A stretch of 64,000 nucleotides of DNA from Candidatus Omnitrophota bacterium (GTDB lineage: Bacteria > Omnitrophota > Omnitrophia > Omnitrophales > Aquincolibacteriaceae). The DNA is taken from NCBI GenBank assembly GCA_903856085.1, contig CAIOAT010000016.1, positions 8,581-72,580 on the forward strand, given 5' to 3'. A model generated the notes under the pieces. It made no database searches, had not been told where the DNA came from, and worked only from the letters and a program-made list of their open reading frames with translations. This document shows, in pieces, positions 1-7,474 of the stretch (within the stretch, counting starts at the first letter, position 1; each line of letters begins with the position of its first letter). Made by a program: the position numbers and the translations under genes.

Positions 1-22
1 TCAGCAAGAGAGCTTCGGACAT
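1..22 (-). CDS. 5' end (7 codons, MSEALLL) of the next ABC permease gene, expected to be pstA from gene order; runs off the window
   Basis: ATG at 20-22 (minus) lies 1 nt downstream of the pstC stop codon at 24-26. The canonical order is pstS-pstC-pstA. The fragment is far too short to verify by similarity. Confidence 0.3.
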
Positions 23-23
23 A

Positions 24-965
24 TTACATCCTCAATTTCTGGCGCATTTTATTCAGGACAATCTCGGAAACAAGGTTCAGGACAAACGTAAAAGTAAAAA
101 GCACGGCTCCGACTAGAAAAAGCGCGTAGTAGTGTTCGCTGCCCTGGGCTACGGAACCGAGCTCCGCAGCAATATTGGCGGTCATAGTCCGGACACTTGA
201 AAAAATATTACCTGTTACAAGTGCGGCATTGCCGGTCGCCATAAGCACGATCATCGTTTCCCCGAGCGCTCGCCCGAATCCAAGAATGATCGCCGCCGAG
301 ATCCCCGAAACTGCGGCCGGTACGACCGTTCCCCACACTGTCTGCCACTTCGTGGCACCTAAGGCATACGAGGCGTCCCGCAAGTCTTTGGGTACTGCCC
401 GCATCGCGTCCTCCGCAATGGTAATCATGATCGGCAGAACAGCCAGGGCTACCCCGCAAGCACCGACAAAAGCATTCAAGCGGAACTTGGTATGGAAAGT
501 ATTCTGAATAAAGGTCGCGATAAAAGCCAGCATCACAAATCCGATCACAACCGAGGGGATACCAGCCAAAAGCTCCAGTGTTGGCTTCAGAATTTCACGA
601 ACTTTGGAGGGGGCAAGTTCTGAAAGATAGATTGCACAGCCGAGTCCGAGAACGCCGGCAATGACCGTAGCGGGAAAAGCCACAAGAAGGCTGCCGCAAA
701 TAAGCGGAATGAGGGAATACTTTGGGACTTCGGATATCGATTGCCACATCATCTTGAAAACATAGTGTCCTTCCCAATCGTCGTACACCCATTTCCCAAT
801 CAGGTCAAATGGATTGGCCGTAAAAAAGAACCGCACAGCTTCTTTGAAAAGAAAAACAAAAATCAAGGCCATAATAAGCATCGACGAGATCCCTGCCAAA
901 AGCAAAAGCTTCTGGATCAGCCACTCTGAGAAATTCCCGCTTTTTTTCGTCAGTCGATGTCTCAT
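24..965 (-). CDS. pstC: Phosphate ABC transporter permease PstC
   Basis: 313-aa multi-TM ORF with an ABC-permease EAA-type loop (IAEDAMRAVPKDLRDASYALGATKWQT). It lies directly downstream of pstS on the same strand. Confidence 0.9.
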   Translation of the reverse strand: MRHRLTKKSGNFSEWLIQKLLLLAGISSMLIMALIFVFLFKEAVRFFFTANPFDLIGKWVYDDWEGHYVFKMMWQSISEVPKYSLIPLICGSLLVAFPATVIAGVLGLGCAIYLSELAPSKVREILKPTLELLAGIPSVVIGFVMLAFIATFIQNTFHTKFRLNAFVGACGVALAVLPIMITIAEDAMRAVPKDLRDASYALGATKWQTVWGTVVPAAVSGISAAIILGFGRALGETMIVLMATGNAALVTGNIFSSVRTMTANIAAELGSVAQGSEHYYALFLVGAVLFTFTFVLNLVSEIVLNKMRQKLRM

Positions 966-1048
966 TTTCCCCAGCTCATCTTAAAGGAAACAAGCGCCCC
1001 CAATGCGAGGGCGCCTGTTTCCCTTAATAATTTGGTTTCTTTACGATT

Positions 1049-1924
1049 CTACTTCTTCAGTTTCAATGGAACATACCCGATTTCTTCGACGATCTTCTGA
1101 CCTTCCGGACTCATGATCCAGTCCAGATAAGCTTTGATCTCGCCCTTGGGCTTAAAACCGGTGTACATATACAAATAGCGCCAAATAGGATACGTCCCGC
1201 TCCAGGCTGCTTCATAGTCAAGCGTTCCATCAGCCTTAACCGGGTTGATGGCCGGGGACTTATCATCCCTCTTCACGGAAAGGATCTTCACTCCCGGCTG
1301 CTTAATGTAATAAGCTGCGCCCCCGTAACCAATACCATTGGGATCCTTGGAAACCGCATTGGCAATCGCCGAGGTTCCGGGCATGGTCTGACAATCCGCC
1401 GCATAATCTTTGTTCTTGAGAACTTCTTCTTTGAGGAATGTATAGGTCCCGCTTGACGACTCACGGCAATACCGGAGGATGGGTTGATTGGGCCCGCCAA
1501 TTTCATTCCAGTTATTGATATTACCCATATAGATCCCCTGAATCTGTTTCAAGGAAAGTTCCTTGATAGGATTTGAAGCATTTACCACGATGGCCAAACT
1601 ATCCATCGCGACCTTGAATTCTTCAGGATAGTAACCGGCGGCTTTCGCTTTATCCATCTCGCTGGCCTTGATCTTGCGGCTGGCGTTCGCGATATCGGTA
1701 GTCCCATTGATCAGGGCTGCAATTCCGACACCTGAACCACCTCCGGTCACCTGGATCGCGGCTTCAGGGTGCTTCTGCATGTAGACTTCGGCCCACTTCT
1801 GCCCCATGACCACGATCGTGTCGGAACCCTTGACAGTGATGTTCTTCGCGGCGAAGGCTGACGGAATTATGGCCGCCAAAGCCATCACCAAAACACCCCT
1901 TATAACCCAACGCGTTGTTTTCAT
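1049..1924 (-). CDS. pstS: Phosphate ABC transporter substrate-binding protein PstS
   Basis: PstS-type blocks are present (ITVKGSDTIV, VTGGGSGVGIAALINGTTDIANASR). Signal peptide MKTTRWVIRGVLVMALAAIIPSAFA. SD AAAGGAG lies upstream of ATG 1924. The ORF-track start at 1966 lies upstream of the predicted -10 and adds a non-signal extension. Confidence 0.9.
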   Translation of the reverse strand: MKTTRWVIRGVLVMALAAIIPSAFAAKNITVKGSDTIVVMGQKWAEVYMQKHPEAAIQVTGGGSGVGIAALINGTTDIANASRKIKASEMDKAKAAGYYPEEFKVAMDSLAIVVNASNPIKELSLKQIQGIYMGNINNWNEIGGPNQPILRYCRESSSGTYTFLKEEVLKNKDYAADCQTMPGTSAIANAVSKDPNGIGYGGAAYYIKQPGVKILSVKRDDKSPAINPVKADGTLDYEAAWSGTYPIWRYLYMYTGFKPKGEIKAYLDWIMSPEGQKIVEEIGYVPLKLKK

Positions 1925-1949
1925 TTTAGCTTCTCCTTTTGACGCCTTC

Positions 1950-1994
1950 AGTTTAAATGAAAGCATCCTGGTTAGATGTAAAATTCCTGTAAAC
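1950..1994 (-). promoter_or_regulatory. Pho-box-like direct repeat plus candidate -10 in front of pstS
   Basis: Top strand has TGTAAAA (1977-1983) and TGTAAAC (1988-1994), 11 bp apart. On the gene strand this reads GTTTACA-N4-TTTTACA. A candidate -10, TAAACT (1950-1955), lies 21 nt downstream. The element sits between the porin stop (1997) and pstS. Confidence 0.5.
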
Positions 1995-1996
1995 TC

Positions 1997-3583
1997 TTAG
2001 AACTTATACGTCATATCGAGCTGAAACCGGCGAACCGATTGATCCGTTTGCATACCCGTCGTATAAATGGAGTTTCTCTGAGTGATCGGTCGAACGAGGT
2101 AACACGCGCCATTCACGGTCAGATAATCGGTGAGGTTGTATCCCAACTTGATGACACTGCCATCTTTGTCAGCACCACCATAGTTATACCCGCCAAAGTC
2201 GCTATCATTAAAAGCGCCAGGTACAGAGTTTGCACCGATATACTTGTATTGGTAGCTCGTCTGCCAATCCCCCTTTTTCACGAGCTTCCCGAGCGTGAGA
2301 CCTAGCGACCAGGCATACTCGCCACCCTGCATCGTGTAATTTTGGGCCGCTCCAGTCTGAGCACCAATTCCAGATGTGTTGCTCATATTCCGCGCAAATT
2401 CAGCGAATGGTTTTACGGGAACACCGTAAGGATAGAGATTAACCTCCTGATACAAGCTCAGAACATTAAACTTTCCTGCCGCCAACCTAGATCCGTCAAT
2501 CGGATTTCCATTAGCGAAACTCGTAGCAGGAGTGCTTCCATTATAGGCATTCCAATTGGAGTTCTCGGCGTAATGCTGATAATTGTAAACAGAAAGTGCC
2601 GTAAGCGCATCCACAGGCCTTTCCATTCCGGGAACATAGAAAACGGGATTCAACCCAACTTGATAAGCGAACAGGTTGGCGTCTTTTCCCTGGGAAGGTT
2701 GATTTGCCACGCCATTAGCGGTGGCATAGGTAGCTGTATTCCCATTCTCCTGGAGGATGAATTGGCCCAAGGTAGCGTAGGCTTTAAGATCCAGGTTATC
2801 GGTCTTTAAGAGCCGCGCATCGATCTTTTCATAGGCACCTTCCGGTTTCAGGTCCCGGTCCCAGATCATATCGGTAGAACCTTTTTCGAAAGGATTGTTG
2901 AATTTACCGCCAGTAACCTCCAAACCCGAGACTGCCAAATCCCCGACGGGATTGATCTTGGCCCATTCCGGAGTGTAGGTTGCGTAAGCCTTTTCGATCC
3001 AGATGTTTTTGAAGGTGAAATCATTACCAAGGGTTTGATTCGTAGAGATGGGGTCGGTGTTACCGTTGGCCGAAGTCGAACCGCCGCTGGCCATCGAAAA
3101 ACCGACTTTCATTTCCGGATTGAATGTTTTTTCAAATCCATAGCGCAGGCGGATACGAAACCGGTTTCTGTCCGGCTGGTAAGTATTAACGCCCGCAGGA
3201 GCTGTCGTTCCATTCCAGCGATTACCGGTTAGGCCAAACGCCTCATATCTCAAACGAAGATCTCCGCTGAACTTGAGGTCCTTGAGCCACTTGTTGGCAC
3301 CGCCGGTCGAATCGCTCAAGCGCTGATTGAATTCGGCTTCACTCATCGGAGGAGTTGCTTCCACGCCGCTAGGAGCCACAGCGATCTTCCCGCCGTTACC
3401 TGCCTTGAGCGCCTGGATCTCTGATTTCTGCGCCATGACGGTCGACTGCAGATCGTTCATCTGTTTCTGCATGTTCTTGACCATATCCATGAGCTGCGCT
3501 TCATCCGCGAACGCCGCAGACGAAAAAGTCATAAGGCAAACGACTAAAATGCTCGCCAGTTTTGTGAAAGGGTGGTATTTCAT
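1997..3583 (-). CDS. Outer-membrane beta-barrel porin with N-terminal coiled coil (candidate phosphate-regulon porin)
   Basis: SD GGAGGA precedes ATG 3583. Signal peptide MKYHPFTKLASILVVCLMTFSSAAFA. Heptad-like segment QLMDMVKNMQKQMNDLQSTVMAQKSEIQALKA. About 440 aa of G/Y/N-rich alternating strands follow, ending in ...LDMTYKF (terminal Phe typical of OMPs). The ORF-track start at 3784 is rejected because it has no SD and lies upstream of the predicted promoter. Confidence 0.7.
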   Translation of the reverse strand: MKYHPFTKLASILVVCLMTFSSAAFADEAQLMDMVKNMQKQMNDLQSTVMAQKSEIQALKAGNGGKIAVAPSGVEATPPMSEAEFNQRLSDSTGGANKWLKDLKFSGDLRLRYEAFGLTGNRWNGTTAPAGVNTYQPDRNRFRIRLRYGFEKTFNPEMKVGFSMASGGSTSANGNTDPISTNQTLGNDFTFKNIWIEKAYATYTPEWAKINPVGDLAVSGLEVTGGKFNNPFEKGSTDMIWDRDLKPEGAYEKIDARLLKTDNLDLKAYATLGQFILQENGNTATYATANGVANQPSQGKDANLFAYQVGLNPVFYVPGMERPVDALTALSVYNYQHYAENSNWNAYNGSTPATSFANGNPIDGSRLAAGKFNVLSLYQEVNLYPYGVPVKPFAEFARNMSNTSGIGAQTGAAQNYTMQGGEYAWSLGLTLGKLVKKGDWQTSYQYKYIGANSVPGAFNDSDFGGYNYGGADKDGSVIKLGYNLTDYLTVNGACYLVRPITQRNSIYTTGMQTDQSVRRFQLDMTYKF

Positions 3584-3655
3584 AAGATTGGATCTCCTCC
3601 GGTTGAATGGGAATGGGGCAGAATTCTTTTCTGTCCGTTTGATTTTCATGCCGGA

Positions 3656-3710
3656 AGTATAGAAAACCCGTGTCAGGTCTCCATGATGGAAATGTAAAGA
3701 AATTGTAAGG
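3656..3710 (-). promoter_or_regulatory. Four-half-site Pho-box-like array plus -10 upstream of the porin gene
   Basis: Gene-strand half-sites are CCTTACA (3710-3704), CTTTACA (3699-3693), TCCATCA (3690-3684) and CCTGACA (3677-3671), spaced 11, 9 and 13 bp. A 9-nt gap follows, then TATACT (3661-3656). The array lies about 70 nt upstream of ATG 3583. Confidence 0.55.
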
Positions 3711-3790
3711 AAAAAAGTGACGGCTTTCGGATGGAGCAAGGAACAACTTGCTAACAACCTGCTAGGAGCTAACATTGTGGACAAGATTCA

Positions 3791-3819
3791 GAAAAGCTCC
3801 CCCTCCCTGCAGGAAGAGG
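3791..3819 (-). terminator. Candidate rho-independent terminator after ppk2
   Basis: The minus strand reads CCTCTTCC-TGCA-GGGAGGGG, an 8-bp stem with two G-U pairs, followed by GAGCTTTTC. It lies 100 nt downstream of the ppk2 stop and upstream of the porin promoter array. Confidence 0.4.
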
Positions 3820-3918
3820 ACTGGAATGGAGGCGTGGGATCACCTGAAGACTTCCCATTGGTAGCGCAGTTTCACCTCGACGCAATTACTTAGAGGGGAC
3901 CCCGTTTTTCAGGGCTTC

Positions 3919-4776
3919 TTAGTAAACCGCCTGCACAAATCTCTGTTTGTTGAGAGGCGGGCGTTTGTAACCTTTATCTTTCTGGCGCTTTGGAATGACG
4001 AGTTTCTTTTGGGTCACATCTCTATAGGGGATCTGAGCCAATAGATGTGTCATGCAATTCAGGCGGGAACGTTTTTTGTCGTTCGAGTCCACCACATGCC
4101 AGGGAGAATCCTTGGTGTCCGTATGTTCAAACATGACATCCTTGGCTTTTGAATATTCCACCCAGCGAGCGCGGGCTTCTAAATCCATCGGGCTGAGTTT
4201 CCAGCGCCGGGCGGGATCCTTGAGCCTTTCCTGAAAGCGCGCTTCCTGCACGGCATCGCTGACCGAAAACCAGTATTTAATGAGAATAGTTCCGGAACGG
4301 ATCAGTTCTTTCTCGAATTGCGGGCAAAAATCCAAAAAATCCCGGTACTCCGCATCCGTGCAAAAGCCCATCACGCGTTCGACGCCCGCACGGTTGTACC
4401 AACTGCGATCAAAAAGCACCACCTCCCCGGCGGCCGGCAAATACGCGGCATACCGCTGGAAATACCACTGTGTTTTTTCCCGCTCCGTAGGAGTTCCCAA
4501 CGCCGCGATCCGGACAATGCGCGGGTTCGTGAGTCCCGTTATCCGTTTGATCACGCCCCCCTTACCGGCCGCATCACGCCCCTCAAAAAGCACCACGACC
4601 TTGAGCCCCTTAAACTTGACCCACTCTTCCAATTTGACCATCTCGGTTTGCAGCCGCTCGATTTCCCGGTCGTAAATCTTGTTTTTAAGTTTCTTGGGCA
4701 GGCCGTCGAGCTTTCCGGATTTTTTCTTCAGGATCTTCCTTATTTCTTCTTTCACATGTTGATCCTTCTTGCCCAT
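3919..4776 (-). CDS. ppk2: Polyphosphate kinase 2 (single-domain PPK2)
   Basis: 285 aa with a PPK2 P-loop region (VVLFEGRDAAGKGGVIKRI) and the FDRSWYNRAGVERVMGF block. Confidence 0.9.
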   Translation of the reverse strand: MGKKDQHVKEEIRKILKKKSGKLDGLPKKLKNKIYDREIERLQTEMVKLEEWVKFKGLKVVVLFEGRDAAGKGGVIKRITGLTNPRIVRIAALGTPTEREKTQWYFQRYAAYLPAAGEVVLFDRSWYNRAGVERVMGFCTDAEYRDFLDFCPQFEKELIRSGTILIKYWFSVSDAVQEARFQERLKDPARRWKLSPMDLEARARWVEYSKAKDVMFEHTDTKDSPWHVVDSNDKKRSRLNCMTHLLAQIPYRDVTQKKLVIPKRQKDKGYKRPPLNKQRFVQAVY

Positions 4777-4840
4777 AAGAATCCTCCGATCGTCTAAAGC
4801 CTTTTTACTTCTTTGAATGTTCCTGCCGCAAAACAGAGGT

Positions 4841-5398
4841 TCAGATCTTCACTTCGTTGGGGTAAGCGAGTTTCTTAAGCTCTTCTATCATTTGCTCGAC
4901 ATTTTTTGTTTCAGCGCTATCAGGGCCTATTTTTTTCAGACGAATATTCAGCGCCTTGTTGAGAATATCGATGGCGGCCGTGTATTTTTTTTGCATGGCA
5001 TAAGCAACACCAAGGTTAAAATAAATCGCCGCCATTTCCACGCCTTCTTTGTCCAACTTTTTAAGATCGATCAGGACAGCCAGCTTGTAGAGCTGCTCGG
5101 CTTCCGACGCACGCTTCAGGTACAAATAAAGATTTGCCAGATTATTCATGGTATCTGCGGCTTCCAGGCTGTCTTTCCCGTACTCCTCTTTCGCCACCTG
5201 AACGGCTTTTTCTGCGGCTTGAAGCGCTGCCGGCAAGTCCCTCGCTTCATTTGCGGCAACGAGCTGATCGTTCAAAGCTTGTATCTTTGCCGCACCTGCA
5301 CTGTGATCCTTCGCGAGCACAGGCTCCGCCTGCGCAGTAAGACAGATGAGAGCACTCAGAGTAAGCATTGAAATATAGCGGCATTTTTTCATCATCAT
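4841..5398 (-). CDS. Secreted tetratricopeptide-repeat protein
   Basis: Signal peptide MKKCRYISMLTLSALICLTAQA. TPR-like 34-aa repeats are present (ADTMNNLANLYLYLKRASEAEQLY; AAIYFNLGVAYAMQKKYTAAIDIL). SD GGAG lies upstream of a triple ATG (5392/5395/5398). Confidence 0.7.
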   Translation of the reverse strand: MMMKKCRYISMLTLSALICLTAQAEPVLAKDHSAGAAKIQALNDQLVAANEARDLPAALQAAEKAVQVAKEEYGKDSLEAADTMNNLANLYLYLKRASEAEQLYKLAVLIDLKKLDKEGVEMAAIYFNLGVAYAMQKKYTAAIDILNKALNIRLKKIGPDSAETKNVEQMIEELKKLAYPNEVKI

Positions 5399-5497
5399 TT
5401 TAAATCTCCGGATTCCTGAAACTATTTCTCTCCTTAAGACGCAGGATTGTAGTCCTTTGGAAAGCGGAAATCAAATCTTCCGAAGCTTTCTGATAGT

Positions 5498-5537
5498 TTT
5501 TACACATATTTATCATCACCGTCATGGGGTATTTACA
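5498..5537 (+). promoter_or_regulatory. Pho-box-like array on the plus strand (four half-sites)
   Basis: Half-sites are TTTTACA (5498-5504), TTTATCA (5509-5515), ACCGTCA (5518-5524) and ATTTACA (5531-5537). The 11/9/13 spacing is identical to the porin array. It lies 60-100 nt upstream of small ORF 5599 and in the upstream region of the divergent TPR-ppk2 unit. Confidence 0.45.
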
Positions 5538-5598
5538 TAGAAATGCGAGACTTGGGTCAGAATAAAGAATAAAACAAGCTTGCGAAAGGGGATCAACC

Positions 5599-5832
5599 AT
5601 GATCAGCCAATTAGACTGCCTCGAAGACTTGATGGATTGGAATTCTTGCACCGAAATCAAATCGGCGCCTACCGCACGCGTGGGAAAGAGTTTTTTCCCT
5701 GTTTTTATGATCGAGTCCGCAACGACATCACCGGCCGGCAAAGAAATGGACTCGTGGCTTATCCGGTCCGGGCTTTCTCCCCAAGCAAGCCTTGCCTTCA
5801 GCCGGATCGGGATCTACACGGATTTTTCTTAG
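5599..5832 (+). CDS. Orphan small ORF (77 aa), hypothetical
   Basis: ATG is preceded by GAAAGGGGA (SD-like, 7-nt spacer) and sits downstream of the plus-strand Pho-box-like array. I recognise no family. It is the only plausible plus-strand gene in the first 26 kb. Confidence 0.3.
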   Translation: MISQLDCLEDLMDWNSCTEIKSAPTARVGKSFFPVFMIESATTSPAGKEMDSWLIRSGLSPQASLAFSRIGIYTDFS

Positions 5833-5901
5833 CCCTAATCCAAAAAGATCGCGAATCTTGCCTCTTATTTTGAACTTCACGGAACGTTCGGGGATCTGTG
5901 A

Positions 5902-6717
5902 TCAAGAGACGGGAACAAACTGGGCCTGAGCGGCTTCCCAGAGCTGACGGGCCAGATCTTTCCGCTGACCCGCTCTTATCGGCCTGTCGCCAAAAACAAA
6001 ACGCGCCTTGAAGGTCCTCATCCGAAGCAGGTCCTTCAAGTGCGGCATGAATTCCATATCGCCCCACCAGCAAACAGACCGGCTGGCCGGGGTTTCTTCC
6101 CGGGGCGTTCGATAGAAGATCGTAACAAAATGGACAGGATAGAGCCTGTCGGCGGCCGATCTAAAAAGCGCCGCATTAAAAGGAAGGATCCCGCTTCCTG
6201 CGCTGCTGGTTCCTTCCGGAAAAAACAAGACACCTTTCCGTCCCTCGAACGCCTCTTCGATCTCCCGGTTGACGCGGATCGCATCCCGGGCATTGTCCCG
6301 GTCCACAAAGATACAATCGAAAGCTTTGATCACGCTTCCAAGAAAAGGCCATTCCTCGACTTCCCTTTTTGCAATAAAAACAGCGTCAAGCTGGGTCGCT
6401 AGGGCGATGATATCGACATAGCTTAGATGATTGCTAATAATAACATAGGGGGACTCCGGCGGCGTCCCGCGAACAGTGATGCGCATTCCAAGCACGGCAG
6501 CTGAGGCACGGGCCCAGAATCTGAAAACGATCTTCCTCCAGCGCCAGCCGGCCGCAGGAAGAAGGAACCTTCTGAAAAAAATAAGAAGGTAGGTCAATAC
6601 AAGCACCGAAAAAATCAAAAAGATGCGGACCCGGGCTCGGATCGAACCCCGGAGGCTCTCTACGAAACCGGCTATTTCAGTTATGAAAGAAGTCAAAGGT
6701 CTTTTCATCGAGATCAT
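5902..6717 (-). CDS. Lysophospholipid/lyso-aminolipid O-acyltransferase (PlsC/LPLAT family, OlsA-like)
   Basis: HX4D motif NHLSYVDI, FPEGTSS block and an N-terminal TM helix. The start is uncertain (ATG 6717 or 6708). Either start overlaps the 3' end of the upstream N-acyltransferase gene. Confidence 0.8.
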   Translation of the reverse strand: MISMKRPLTSFITEIAGFVESLRGSIRARVRIFLIFSVLVLTYLLIFFRRFLLPAAGWRWRKIVFRFWARASAAVLGMRITVRGTPPESPYVIISNHLSYVDIIALATQLDAVFIAKREVEEWPFLGSVIKAFDCIFVDRDNARDAIRVNREIEEAFEGRKGVLFFPEGTSSAGSGILPFNAALFRSAADRLYPVHFVTIFYRTPREETPASRSVCWWGDMEFMPHLKDLLRMRTFKARFVFGDRPIRAGQRKDLARQLWEAAQAQFVPVS

Positions 6718-7474
6718 CAATGTCGAGAAGTGTAAGAAAATCAATAGTGCCGAACGCGCGGTCCACGGCAGGTTCACTGCAGATCCGCGCCCCAAAATTC
6801 AGATAGGCCTTCAGCAAGCGAGGGATCGTCTTTTTTTTCAAGGGATACGGTGCCTCGAGAGGCTCCCCACATTCAAAATCAGGACAAACGCCAAGAAAAA
6901 TCTCCGGATGCAAATAGCCATGGGTGGATAAATAATCAAACGCATGCCAACCCTCACGGGGGTCCTGTTCCGTCAAAGAGGTGCAGCCGAAGAGGTACCG
7001 CTTCCCTTTCATCTCGAGATATTTCACAAGCCCCTTCCACAAGAGGAAAAGAACTTTGACGTTCCGATGCTCCTTTGCAATGCACGCGCGACCGATCTCG
7101 ATCCCGTTCTTCAAGTATGCGTTCGGGAACCTAGTAAAATCGAATTCCGCGGCAGAATAAAAACCAATATTCGCCTGCGCCATTTCGAAGGTTTGAAGAC
7201 GATAGGTCCCGACGGGCACCCCCGTCCTGTTCTCGCAGATAACAAGATGATCGCAATAGCGGTCAAAACCATCCTCGTCCTTACCGGACAAGTGCGACCG
7301 GAGAAGTCCCTCCTGCAGCTCCAGGTTAAAAACCCGATATCTTAAGCGGAGTACAGCATCCAGATCCGGTGAATCCCCTTTGAGAAAACGAATGTGGAAC
7401 CCTTTGTCCGGAGGAGCAGAGACAAGGTCCGAACGGACCTCCTGGCTTGCGCCTTTTTCCTGAACGGCGCTCAT
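6677..7474 (-). CDS. GNAT-type N-acyltransferase of the OlsB/hemolysin-like family (aminolipid synthesis)
   Basis: Blocks LRLRYRVFNLELQEG, FDRYCDHLVI and IGRACIAKEHR are typical of the Acetyltransf_5/OlsB family. ATG 7474 overlaps the PHP gene stop (ATGA). Confidence 0.75.
   Translation of the reverse strand: MSAVQEKGASQEVRSDLVSAPPDKGFHIRFLKGDSPDLDAVLRLRYRVFNLELQEGLLRSHLSGKDEDGFDRYCDHLVICENRTGVPVGTYRLQTFEMAQANIGFYSAAEFDFTRFPNAYLKNGIEIGRACIAKEHRNVKVLFLLWKGLVKYLEMKGKRYLFGCTSLTEQDPREGWHAFDYLSTHGYLHPEIFLGVCPDFECGEPLEAPYPLKKKTIPRLLKAYLNFGARICSEPAVDRAFGTIDFLTLLDIDDLDEKTFDFFHN

Noticed and set aside
5400-5741. 113-aa minus-strand ORF upstream of the TPR gene
   Set aside because: It has no SD and no recognisable motif, and it overlaps the Pho-like array and the plus-strand small ORF. 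The region is more plausibly regulatory. I cannot fully exclude it.
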